A DNA stretch of 64,000 bases, from NCBI GenBank assembly GCA_951406725.2, contig OX597815.1:46810001-46874000 (forward strand), in the 5' to 3' direction. Below are positions 41,825 through 54,900 of this stretch, piece by piece (position 1 is the stretch's first letter; each line of letters begins with the position of its first letter). Source of the stretch: Octopus vulgaris (taxonomy: Eukaryota). The position numbers were made by a program, and so were the translations under genes. The notes below the pieces were generated by a model that had not been told where the DNA came from, searched no databases, and worked only from the letters and a program-made list of their open reading frames with translations.

Positions 41825-42195
41825 TGCAAAGCTTGCTTCCCAACCACATGGTTCCGGGTTCAGTCTCACTGCGTGTCACCTTAGGTAGGTGTCTTTTACT
41901 ATAACCTCGGGCCGACCAAAGCCTTGTAAGTGGATTTGGAAGACGGAAACTGAAAGAAGCTCGTCGTATATATATATACGTATATACGTGTGTGTGTGCG
42001 TGTGTGCGTGCGTATGTGTGTATGTGTGTGTTTATGTTTGTTCCCCCACCATCGCTTGACAATCGATGCTGGTGTGTTTATGTTCCCGTAACTTAGCGGT
42101 TCGGCAAAAATGATCGATAGAATAAGTACTAGGCTTACAAGGAAAAAGTCCTGGGGTGCTCCAGCATGGCCGCAGTCAAATGACTGAAAGAATAA
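41825..42195 (+). mobile_element. SINE family B
   Basis: CCACATGGTTCCGGGTTCAG...GCTCCAGCATGGCCGCAGTCAAATGACTG. Confidence 0.85.
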
Positions 42196-42869
42196 ATTGG
42201 TCCTGCTTATGCAATGCATAAAATATTTCAACAATTTTCGTTATACAATTCCTAATATTGATTATAAAAATATAATATGATTCTTTTTAAAATCGAGTGG
42301 CTAGGCGGGTCCATCCAAGTGAAATGGCAATAGGTAAAAGTGGTTGAGAAAAATATTTCTAGAGGAAATGTTTTTTCCCTTTCTTGTTCGATGGCCATAT
42401 CGTGGCACCGCCTTGAAAGCTTTAATCAACTCAGATTTATATCAATCCAAATATATATATTTATTTTTTTGTTTGTTAAAGTCATATTCTTGTCAGTTTT
42501 GCCGAATGGCTAAGTTACGTGAGCGTCAACCAACCAGTACCGGTTGCTAAGCTATAGAGAGGAGCAAACGCAAACACACACACACTAACATACGACAGTT
42601 TTTGCCAACCAAATTTACTCACAAGACATTGGTCGACTCGGGGCTATTGTAGAAGATGCCGAACTGTGGAACTGAAGCCGAAACAACGCCGTTGTGAAAC
42701 GAACGTAACCATTCAGCTATGCCTGTACTTGGATGTCTATGTTCTAAATAAATAGGAGATTTAAAGGTATCTTCTCTCGCTTTTTAACAGCATACGTTGT
42801 AATTTAAAAGAAGTTTGGTTTCTTTTCTAGCAGGTCAGATAACTACCTAAAGGTATCCTTGTTAATACA

Positions 42870-43222
42870 CGAGTTCTCTTCACTCGTGAGTTTTTCGCCC
42901 AAAATAACATGGTATCATTTCCGCACCCACCCTATTCGCCAGATTTAGCACATGCGGACTTCCATCTCTTCCCCAAGATGAAAATGCAGCTCAAAGGTCG
43001 TCGTTTTAACACCGCTATCAAGATCCAGAGCGAATCGCAGAAGGTCCTCAACTCGCTTACAGAAAATGACTTCCAGATCCGGTCCCAGAGTGGGAGGATT
43101 GCTGGGACCGGTGTAGTTCTGCACAAGTTGACTATTTCGAACGAGATGATATTAAAACTTAGGTAAATAAATTATATTTTTATTAAGCATAATTTGTCCG
43201 GGAACTTTTTGATACCACCTCT
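42870..43222 (+). mobile_element. Mariner 3' fragment
   Basis: PHPPYSPDLAHADFHLFPKMK..LKGRRF; right TIR GGAACTTTTTGATACCACCTC followed by TA. Confidence 0.85.
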
Positions 43223-43846
43223 TATTTGATAACAATACTGTAACAAATCGACAAAAACGCTGAAAATTGTAAAAATTTAGAAAGTAGAAACAAACAAAAA
43301 CATTTGAAAATTAATGGTATGAATAAAAGAATGAAAATTCGAATTTTTTTGTTGCTGTGCTTTTAGTTTATTTGGTGATGATGGTGGTGGTGAGGTTGTT
43401 GTTGTTGTAAGTGTTGGTGAGAAGAGGAAGAGAATGTAGAAGTGGTAATGATTGGTGGTAATGATGGCGGTGGAGAAGGTAGCTTTCGTAGTGCTGTAAA
43501 AGAAGTTGCGGTTAAGATGATAGTGGCATCGTTGATTAAAACTATTTTGGTAGTAAAAAAGCTAGATTCGGTAACTATCGTAGTGGTGGATGCTGTCGTT
43601 TAGTGGTAGTTACTGCTTCACGTAGTGTGACGGTTGGAAGTTTCAGTCGAAGCGTATTTGTTGCGCCCCTTGTAGCGGTGCCCCTGGTGTTTCACTGGAA
43701 GAAGTGATGATTGTGGTAACAGTGTCGCTTGTAGCGATAATGGTGGTGGTACTAGTACTGGTAAGACTGGTGATGTTGAAAAAATTAGAGTTTGTAGTAG
43801 TAGTATTGTTGATGTTGGCGTGAGAGAATTTGTTTTATAAGTACTA

Positions 43847-44308
<462 letters not shown>

Positions 44309-44476
44309 GATATGTATGTGTGTGTATTTCTTCAATGTCTACAAATCACACGGATAAAAAAATAAACAGTTACCAGGGTAGCAAAAATTCAAATAAGTGC
44401 CAAGGATGTTACAGCCTACTTATAAAGGTAGACATTCCAGGGTTTAGTGAAATGTTTTTGTATAACATAGATAAAT

Positions 44477-44926
44477 TAAGAAATGGAGTTAAACACAGGT
44501 GTTATTCAAATCTTTATACTTCCGACATATGTTTCGAAGAAAACATTGTTATTATTCCAGAAGGAATGAAATGAAGTAAAATAATGTAATCATCTCATCA
44601 GGAAAAAAAGAGAAACAAAACACATCAATAAGCTATTTTAACCGAATGTGATTACCGCGTATATGATGAAGGGAATGCTGGCAAGATATTAAAAAAAACA
44701 CGTTAATAGCTTACCAGCGTTCCTTTCATCATATACGCGGTAATCACATTCGGTTGAAATGGCTTATTGATGTGTTTTGTTTCCCTTTATTTCCTGATGA
44801 GATGATTACATTTTTTTACATCATTTTTTTTTTACATTCCCTCAGGAATAATACCAATGTTTTTTTCGAAACATATGTCAGAAGTATAAAGATTTGAATA
44901 ACACCTGCGTTTAACTCCATTTCTTA
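44477..44926. mobile_element. Fold-back Penelope-like relic with two canonical hammerhead cores
   Basis: Arms 44477-44692 / 44703-44926; CTGATGA...GAAACATATGTC at 44794-44879 (+), with a mirror copy on the minus strand. Confidence 0.8.
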
Positions 44927-45304
44927 GGAGTGGCTGTGTGGTAAGTAATTTGCTTACCAGCCACATGGTTCCGGGTTCAGTCCCACTGCGTGGCACCTTG
45001 GGCAAGTGTCTTCTACTATAGCTTCACGCCTACCAAAGCCTTGTGAGTGGATTTGGTATCCGGAAACTGAAAGAAGCCCGTAGTATATATGTATATGTAT
45101 ATATATGTGTGTAAGTGTTTAGGTGTCGCTTGACAACCGATCCTGGTGTGTTTACGTCCCCGTAACTTAGCGGTTCTGCAAAAGAGACAGTTAGAATAAG
45201 TACTTGGCCTACAAAGAATAAGTCCTGGGGTCGATTTGCTCGACTAAAGGCGGTGCGACAGCATGGCCGCAGTCAAATGATTGAAACAAGTAAAAGAGTA
45301 AAGA

Positions 45305-45306
<2 letters not shown>
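44927..45306 (+). mobile_element. SINE family B
   Basis: Head to tail recognisable. Confidence 0.85.
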
Positions 45307-45400
<94 letters not shown>

Positions 45401-46272
45401 ACTACGTGTGACGTGTGAAAGAAGTAGGACCTTAGTAGCGAGGGAAAAAGATGAATATTGAATTGCTGCCCAGAAACTCAGTCCTACATATAAGCGTTCC
45501 ATACCTGTGTCATTTAATATCTATACATATATGTGCGTGTGTATATGTATATATATATATATATATATAAACACACATACACACATACACACATACACAC
45601 ACATACAAACACATACACACATATATGTATGAATATGTGTATGTGTGTCTATTCTTAAATAGGCATAGGTGTGGCTGACTGTATACTGGAGAAGCTTGTT
45701 TCCTAACTACATAGCCCTGGGCTTAGTCCAGTGATTCCCAAGCTGGGGTTCGGCGACCCCTGGTGGTCCGCAAAGGTAGTACTGGGAGTCCGTGACCTAA
45801 TTTCAAAACGTTCTTCTGGTATTCTTTAATTTTTTTACTAGAGCACCACCCTTTAGTTGAAGAAATCGACCCCTGGACTTATTCCCTGTAAGCCTGGTGC
45901 TTATACTATCAGTCTCTTCTGCCGAACAGCTAAGTTACTGGGAGTCAAACACACCAACATCGGCTGTCAAGCAATGGTAGTGGGGGTCAAACACACACAA
46001 ACGCACACACGCACACATATTTATGGCGGGCTTCTTTCAGTTTCCGTCTTTCAGAGGCATAAACACACCAACGCCGGTTATCAAGCGGTGATTGGTGGAC
46101 ACATACATACATACATGCAGACATACATACATACATACATACACACGTATGTTTTTTGTAGAGCGGCCCACCTGATGCTCCAGCATGACTGCAGTCAAAT
46201 GAACTGAAGCAAATAAAAGAATAAAACAATATATATATATATATATATATAAAACAGTTTATCTATCTATAA

Positions 46273-46349
<77 letters not shown>

Positions 46350-46547
46350 TATATATATGAAACAGTTTATCTATTTATAAATATACAGACATACGCATAC
46401 ACATACATTTGTTATATATATAACATCATATATACACTTTATACGTAGTCTGACCTCGTATATGTGTCACGTATATATAAATGTTATATGTATGTACAGA
46501 CACACACACATATGTGTATATATATATACATATATATATATACACAA

Positions 46548-46605
<58 letters not shown>

Positions 46606-46952
46606 CGTCCATTCTTCTATCCTTATGATACTAATAAGTGGTGCTGTTGATTGCTACAGCTTACTGGTAGTATCTTGGAAAGTAGGGGATTGAAAAACGA
46701 ACATCTCACAGCCCAAGGGGGAATTTGATTTTCTGTCAGTGAAACATACCATCTAGACCGGAAATCATAGCTAGATCACAAATATATATATCACAATTCC
46801 TGTAAGCCAGGTGCAATAGATTTTTGTAAAGACAGTTCTCACTGACATACAGACACATATAGACACACGCACATACACATATACGTGCACAGAAAAACAT
46901 ATACATAAATACACATACATGTGCGTATCTGTATATATATCTAGATACATTC

Positions 46953-46993
<41 letters not shown>

Positions 46994-47078
46994 GCACATA
47001 TATACATATGCCTACATAGATGTACACGTACATACACACATATATACATATATACTTACTATATATATGCATATATAG

Positions 47079-47120
<42 letters not shown>

Positions 47121-47146
47121 TTTTATTATTTTTTATTATTTCTTAA

Positions 47147-48152
47147 ATTTTATCTAGTTTCAGCTCACGAGCTGTGGCCATGCTGGGGCACCACCATTTG
47201 GTGTTGCTACATGATTTTACTTCACGAATACTTTTTAGCAACTGCCATTTGGTGCATGAGAGAGTTCGATGCAGCTGCCCTCATCTGCACCTCCTTCCGT
47301 GAAGTTGGTTCATCCGGGACACCTGACAGGAAGAGATCCAGTCATACTTTAAAGACATCCGCATCCACCCCATGCAGGTCCCTCAGGTTCTTCGGGAGGA
47401 TATTGAAGAGCTGTGGGCCTCTGAAGCCCAGGCTATCACAGTATCTTGTCCTACATCTTGATGGCAAATTTGGAGTCCTTGGCACCACGCAGTGGAGCCC
47501 AGTTCTGGCATTTGTATAACTCTCGATGCCAAAGTTTGGGACAAGTCCTTCCAGGAACTTCCAGTTGTATATTATGGCATATCTTTCTCGCCTACACTCC
47601 AAGGAATAGAGTTTTAATCTCTTGAGTCTTTCCCAGTAGCTTATATGCTGCACAGAGGCTATCTTCTTCGTGTAGCTTCGTTGGATCGCCTCAAGTTCTG
47701 TGATCAACTTGACACTGGATGGTGACAATAGCTGAGATCAATAGTCAAAGTGGCTTAGTACAAGTGTCCTCCAGAGGACCATCATGGTTTCTTGTTCTCT
47801 TGTTCTAAAGGTTCTAAGAATCCATCCGGCCAGCCGTCTACATTTCATTGCCAATTTAGCAACATGTACATGAAAGGTTGCGTCATCACTCATGTAAATA
47901 CCCAGGTCACGCACTGATTGTGCCTCTGGGATTGTAATCCCTCCGGGTCCAGTGTATTCATTGGGTATTGCATTTAGTTTTGCATGCTGATAGCATAAAG
48001 CTTGAAAGTTTTCAGCATTGAACTGCATGCTATTCTTTTCAGCCCACTTGTATATTTTGTCCAGCTCACATTGCAGGTGCTTAGTGCCTGTGAAACTTTT
48101 GTATCATCTGCCTAACTTGTGATGCGTGGCTGAGGGCATGTCTGAGAGGGCC
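47147..48152 (-). mobile_element. 5'-truncated CR1/L2-type LINE with an intact 3' end
   Basis: *ADDTK (degenerate YADD), MQFNAEN, SVRDLG, LEAIQRSYTKKI..SYWERLKRLKLYSLE; 3' tail GGTGCCCCAGCATGGCCACAGCTCGTGAGCTGAAACTAG. Confidence 0.85.
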
Positions 48153-48201
48153 ATATATTTATATACCTACGTGCGTGCTTATGTATACATACACGCGCTC
48201 G

Positions 48202-48266
<65 letters not shown>

Positions 48267-48746
48267 GTGTGTGTGTATGTGTGTACTTTCGCCATTAAAT
48301 ATTTATCAAAATCCAATATGAGCAGATTGATCTGCAAAATAGTTTAACAACAAATGAAGAAGAAGAAAAAATATCTTTTCTGACGCAGTACCATTTATAA
48401 TCGCTCAATATCCCGTTTGGTTACTAACATTTTCGTTTGCGATATGTTTACAACAAATTTTAATTTTCTTTCCTTGGAAAGGTATTCAAATGTTTACAAT
48501 TGCTTAGATTCGGTGGAATAACAAGCCACACACACACGCACGCACACACATACACACAGCCTCTCCCTCATGCAAAGACATGCATACACACACACACATA
48601 CAAAAACTCAAAAGCAACACACATATCTTTACTTGTGGCTGCGCGTGCGCATGTGTAAGAGTGTGTGTATGTGTGTATGCATATGTTTAAGTCAAACGAT
48701 AGAAAAATAAAGTGATTAAAAGAGAGAAAGAATGAAAGTGATTATG

Positions 48747-48782
<36 letters not shown>

Positions 48783-48784
48783 CA

Positions 48785-48849
<65 letters not shown>

Positions 48850-48963
48850 GCATACATATATGTATATATATATATACATGCATATATGTATATACATATA
48901 TGTATATATATATATGTATATATATCAATTTGACTTGTCACCTACTTTTTTATTTCTATTTTT

Positions 48964-49408
48964 ATTTGTTTATTTATTTACCATTTATTTATTGAAGTCT
49001 CTTCCCATTCAATATTATTGCTACATCTATTATCATATACTAGTGCCACAACAAAACTCTTAACATCACTATCACCAATACGCACCTCCACTACCTACAA
49101 CGACAAGAAGCACCTCCGGGGCCACCATAAACATCACCAATACCATTAATAACTATATCACAAAGTCTACAGCTGCTACCGAACAAGAACACAGAGAATC
49201 TCATCTTCTTGTTATAGTTCTTGGTTAAGACTATTCAATATATTTCTTTCTGAATTCTTCTGGAAATGACACATGTCCCTTCTCTTTCTCTCTCACACAC
49301 ACTCTCTCTCTCTCTCTCTCTCGTTTTATTTATGTATATGTGTGTGTATGTGTGAGCGCATGTATATATATATATGAGTGTATGTATGTAAGTATGTATG
49401 TATGTATG

Positions 49409-49451
<43 letters not shown>

Positions 49452-49892
49452 AATGAAATAAAAGACAGAAAACAAAGGATGTCGCGGTACACGTACACAC
49501 ACACACATATATATATATATATATGTGTGTGTACGTGTACCGCGACATCCTTTGTTTTCTGTCTTTTATTTCATTTGATGTATAATATATATATATATAT
49601 ACATTTCCAGAAGAATTCAGAAAGAAATATATTGAATAGTCTTAACCAAGAACTATAACAAGAAGATGAGATTCTCTGTGTTCTTGTTCGGTAGCAGCTG
49701 TAGACTTTGTGATAGAGTTATTAATGGTATTGGTGATGTTTATGGTGGCCCCGGAGGTGCTTCTTGTCGTTGTAGGTAGTGGAGGTGCGTATTGGTGATA
49801 GTGATGTTAAGAGTTTTGTTGTGGCACTAGTATATGATAATAGATGAATGGGAAGAGACTTCAATAAATAAATGGTAAATAAATAAACAAAT
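48964..49892. repeat. Nested inverted duplication
   Basis: Outer arms 48964-49268 / 49602-49892 (one 14-bp indel, at least one substitution); inner palindrome 49443-49584. Confidence 0.9.
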
Positions 49893-49970
49893 GGCGGCCG
49901 GCTATGAGACTCGAACTCACATCTCCGGGATTACGCGTCGCGGTGCTCTAAACCATTAAGCTAAACCGCT
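49892..49970 (-). pseudogene. tRNA-Thr(CGT)-like sequence ending in CCA; second, truncated copy at 50197-50232
   Basis: D arm TAGCTTAATGGTTTAGAGC; anticodon arm CCGCGA-CGCGTAA-TCCCGG; T arm GTGAG-TTCGAGT-CTCAT; imperfect acceptor stem. Confidence 0.6.
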
Positions 49971-50635
49971 CACACCACAAATTCTTCCGCAAATTTAAGA
50001 TAGATAGAAATTTCGCTTTATGAGACGCTATCATATATTAAATTCAAACTACGATGGACGTAAACAAACAAACGAAGTTTGCTTTAGAAGCGTTGAGATG
50101 TCTTAGAAAGTTAAAGAAGTGATTTTAAATTATCAAACGCAGGATAATGCTAATAATAAAGCCTGAACAGGATAAGCTACCCCTGTTTTGCAGTGTTGGC
50201 GGCCGGCTATGAGACTCGAACTCACACCTCCGTGTGTTATTGTCGGTACTGTAATACTCTTGTCACCACGATTATGTTGTGGCGGTATTCTGCGTCTTAT
50301 TTTTCACTCGTCTATCGTGCTGTCGCTGATAGCTCCGGAAAACAATGACTTTGAAACGTCTACGTTGACGTTTACTCCAACTCGCATATATCACGTAACT
50401 GACACTAACTCCAACTGAATACTCGTCATAGTGTATAGTGAGTTATTATATTTTTGCCTTGTGTATATTTTCTCCGTTGTGATCTACTGTGTGTCTAGCT
50501 GTCTTTCTGTATTGTTGTACAACTATTGAAGTCGGCCTTCGTGCGAGGGCTTCGTGTTGGTGTTCCCCCCTCCGTGGGGGAAAAACTATCATTATCTTGG
50601 TTGTGCCAAGGGCTTGTTAAAGCCAGTTATCGGAG

Positions 50636-51631
50636 ATGGAATCCCCCATCTCGTATTCACCTGTGACAAGTGATGCAGGATCACCGGCGGTGTCGCCAAA
50701 GAAAAAAGAGGCGGGGTCGCCAAAGAAAAAAGATATTCCAGCACCAGCGAAAAAATTTTCGGAAGTAGCTGGCAAGAAAATTAAAAAAATTAATGTGGAA
50801 AACCTAAAAAAACATGCGGACTGTGTGTCAAAAGAGGGCACGGAAGTATCCGTGGCTTCAAACGCCCAAAAACAGGAGGACATTTCAAATAAAAGAATAA
50901 TTTATAAGACCTTCAATACAACAAGCAGATCAATACAAAAAATAGAGGAGAAAAAAATCGAAAATTGCTTAAAGCCGATAATGGATAAAATCACATATAT
51001 CAATCGAGGGAAGAAATACGGCACAGTGGAGGTGAGATTCACATCAGAGGAGGTAGCGAAGAAGCTATCCATGGAACCAATAAAAGCGGAGGATATTGTT
51101 CTCCTACCCCTGTATAAAGGCAAAAGAACATCCAAGATCACAATGAATAATATTCCGCCAGAAGCGGATGCCGAAGTTCTGGTGGCAGCAGTTATGGTAG
51201 GCCTGGAGGAAAAAATAAACATCCTCCAGGCCACTGTAGAAGAAGAAGAATTCTGGAAAGGGCAACGGATAATAATAGCCATCCAGGCAGAAATACAAAC
51301 CCTGGAGGAGATTCCAGAGACTCTAAAGATAAGCGAAGATGAGAGAGTCACAGTCTTCGTAGAGGGCAGAAAGCCGAGGTGCTTCGGCTGCGGTAAGAAA
51401 GGGCATGTAAGGGCAGAATGCCAACCCCAACCCAAACCGCAGGAAGCAGCTCAGCCAAGTGGAAAAGCAGAAGAGGTGTCATCAGAAACAGCGCTGGTCG
51501 GCCCAGGAGGGACGGCTGAAGGTGTGGAGGTGACAGAGGCAGCGGAACCAACGGCGGAGGAAAAAACGAGCGAGGAAACGAAAAAGGAGGAGGGGTGGTC
51601 AAAAATCACTAGAAAAAAAAAGAAAAACTGA
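50636..51631 (+). CDS. LINE ORF1 (gag-like, CCHC zinc knuckle); probably extended originally to 51961
   Basis: 331 aa; CFGCGKKGHVRAEC; the same frame stays open after the TGA until 51961. Confidence 0.88.
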   Translation: MESPISYSPVTSDAGSPAVSPKKKEAGSPKKKDIPAPAKKFSEVAGKKIKKINVENLKKHADCVSKEGTEVSVASNAQKQEDISNKRIIYKTFNTTSRSIQKIEEKKIENCLKPIMDKITYINRGKKYGTVEVRFTSEEVAKKLSMEPIKAEDIVLLPLYKGKRTSKITMNNIPPEADAEVLVAAVMVGLEEKINILQATVEEEEFWKGQRIIIAIQAEIQTLEEIPETLKISEDERVTVFVEGRKPRCFGCGKKGHVRAECQPQPKPQEAAQPSGKAEEVSSETALVGPGGTAEGVEVTEAAEPTAEEKTSEETKKEEGWSKITRKKKKN

Positions 51632-51969
51632 AACCACCCCTCCCAAAGTAAACCAAAAAAAAAAAAAAGAGAGTCGTTGAACTCATTTATGGCCGTTAAG
51701 GCCACGAACAATAGACTCGGTAATGTGTTGGCAGCGATAGCCAAAGTAGAAAAAATTGGGAGGAAAAATGACTATGTATTGTACAGAATAGGCCGGAAGG
51801 ATTACGGACGGATAAAGTCCGAATTTTTTCATGACGTAGGCCCGCTCAGAATGGATATAACATCTCCATATATATTCGAGGGCCTGCGTCAGACTCCCCC
51901 ACGAGGCCCAGAAAAAGAGACAAAAAAAGAAGAAAACGAAAAAACCGAACCACTGATATAAGGTAAGTA

Positions 51970-54900
51970 ATGGATTACATTTATGTTGGTTGTTTGAATG
52001 TGCGCGGCCTGGGAGCAGGCTGGAAGCAAGGTCGCTTCCTGCATGATATCAGGTCGCGTAATTTAGATGTTATTGTTGCTACAGAAACCTGGTTAGAGGG
52101 GCCAAGAGGTCTTCTCCCGCTGTTTGACGGCTACGAGAGTTTTTTCTCTCCTGGCAGTCCTACAGGCGGGAGAGGGGTGTTGGTCCTATTAAAAAGAAAC
52201 CGGGTTTCTGAGAAAAAGTTAATTTTTGCAGATCCAGAAGGTAGGCTGGTCGTCATGGATTTGACGTTCAGTAATGGTAAAGTTATCAGACTGGTTGCAA
52301 TTTACGCACCCAACAGTAAAAAAGGGCAAAGTGATTATTTTCGTGATCTAGAAAAATTTCTTGGTACTTCGCATTCATTAGTGGTGCTAGGAGACTTTAA
52401 CACAATTTGCAAAGCGGATGTAGATTGTGTTGGCTCGTGTCCAGATAGGAGAGGTAACAGTGGCTTCATGGAACTGCTAAGCCGCTTTGAGCTAGCAGAT
52501 CCGTATAGGCTGGAATTTCCGAACGCTCCATTGTGGACATGGTCAAACAGCGACGGATCTTCCAGGTCATATATAGATAGAATTCTAATTAGAAAAGTAG
52601 ACAGTAAAATAGCTAAGTGTCCACAGTTTTACCCGATCAGCTACAGTGATCATAAAATGGTCACGTGTAAGCTTGACATAGATAAGGTTAGAAATAGAGG
52701 ATCCGGTTACTGGAAACTTAATACGTCCCTATTGGCGATTAAGGAGTACAAAGACCGGATTACGAACATAATTCAGAGGGCACTATCCGGTACCATCATT
52801 AATAACAAATGGTGGTACGCCCTCAAACGAGCCATCAAGTTTGAGTCTATTAGATATAGCATAGGAGTAGTGGCTAGAGAGGCTAGAGGGGATAATACTC
52901 TAGTTAAGGAATTAGAGGAAGCCATGAAAACTGGCTCTACGGCTCAGGTGGCGTCCAAGAGACTGGTGTTAAACCAGCACCTCGAGGCCAAACACATGGG
53001 CTGCATTGTCAGGGCTAGAATCCGCCATATGGGATGTGAAGGAATCAACGCCGTGAGATGGGCCCGAGTGGTGGAAGCTCAGCATGGTAACGGTGCCACG
53101 ATTCGATCTTTGACGAACCAACAAGGTGAGTTGATAAATGAACCCGAGGAGATGTGTGAGGCCTTTCAGGAGCACTTCGCTCAGCTTTTCGGTGAGTGCG
53201 GCGGACTGGATAGGAGGAGGGCCTTTACGGACCTACTCGACGGGCTGCCGCGCTTATCGGGGCGAGATGCGGAGGGCTGTGAAGGGCCAATCACGCCTGA
53301 GGAGGTGTTTGAGGCAATGGCGGACTGCGGCGCAGGCAAGGCGCCGGGTTTGGATGGTCTACCCTATGAGTTATATAAGAGTATGCCAGACTTGTTCGGG
53401 CACCTACTGGCGGAGGTCTATGCGAACTGGCAGCAGAACGGGCTTATACCCAGATCTGTGCGCCGGGGAGTAGTGACTCTCGTCAGAAAGGACCCGAGCA
53501 AGGGGGAGTGCATTGATAATTTCAGGCCCATCACTCTGCTAAACACAGAGTTGAAGATTTTGGCCAAAGTGTTATCGAAAAGATTGGCGCGTGTCGCGGA
53601 TGGTCTGATCGGAGAGGCACAGACATGTGCCGTTCCGGGCAGATCCATTCAGGATAATCTCCATCTAATGCGGTACACTATAGAGGGGTTTAATAGTGAT
53701 TCTGGCAAGGGTGGGGTACTGGTCCATTTAGACCAATCTAAAGCCTTTGATAGGGTCGACCATCGTTACCTGGTATCTGCCCTGGCACAGTTCGGGCTGA
53801 GCCTTGGCTTCCTCAGGTGGATTATCCAAATGTATGATAACATCGACTCGGTAGTTCGGGTGAACGGCTTCTTGTCGAAGCCGTTCAAGATCAAACGCTC
53901 GGTTCGTCAAGGGTGTCCGCTCTCCCCGCTTTTGTACGTGATGGCTCTAGAGCCATTACTGCGAAAACTGAGCGGCATCCCGAGACAGCCGGGTAATGGA
54001 AAATCAGTGTCAGCGTACGCGGATGACATCACCATCATCGTAACCGAAATGGACCACCTATGTAAAGTAGGCAAGGCCATAGAGGTTTACGAGACGGTGA
54101 CAGGAGCAAAAGTTAATCGCGAAAAGTCAGTCGGCTTGCAACTCGGCACCTGGAGAGGCAAGTCGATGCCTCCTGACAGCGTCGTGGGACGTTGGACGGA
54201 GGGTCCGATTAAATTGCTAGGGGTCTGGTTCGGTCCAGACCTCCAAATAGAGAAGAATTGGGGCGAGGTAACGAGCAAGGTGGCTGCAGTAGCCAAGACC
54301 TGGTCTTGGCGGTGGCTATCCTTGAAAGGGAGGGCGGAGGTGGCCAATGTGTTTATCGCATCGGTTATCACCTACCGCCTTTCCGTCGTTCCTTGCCCCG
54401 ATTCGTGGTTGACCAAGTTGGAAAGACAGCACTTCTACTTCTTGTGGAAGGGTAGGAAACCACTTGTGAAACGCTCTACTTGCTGTCAACAACCGTTAAA
54501 GGGTGGGCTAGGGATGCCTTGGCTGATGATGCGCAGACATGCGCTGAGGTTAAGACATCTGTGGCTCTACCTGGATGGTGAACGGGTGTGGTCTCCGTTA
54601 GCAAAACTGATGTTTCCCAAGTTCACTAGTTTCGGTGGACGGGAAACCTGGTCGAATCGTAGATCGAAACTCGGTACTTGGTACACAGAGTGTCGCAAGG
54701 CTCTCCTGCTATTCCGTCGCTCGGGCAACGCCTGCGGTGGGGGTTCCACCACATTCTTCTATAGAGGGTTGGTAGAGGCGGATTGTGAAGATACCTTGGG
54801 GGAAACCCTAGGTCTCGACGATAATCAGCTGGCCAGTCTGTTCCGACGTACGTTCAAGCCGAGGACACTGGACAACTTCCAGAAGTCTCTGGCATGGCAA

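Noticed and set aside
49892-49909. TGGCGGCCGGCTATGAGA as an LTR primer-binding site
   Set aside because: Complementarity extends over a whole tRNA-like sequence rather than ~18 nt, and no LTR precedes it
51961-51968. Consensus splice donor AG|GTAAGT just before the ORF2 ATG
   Set aside because: Matches the consensus, but there is no acceptor or transcript evidence; the stop-start reading is simpler
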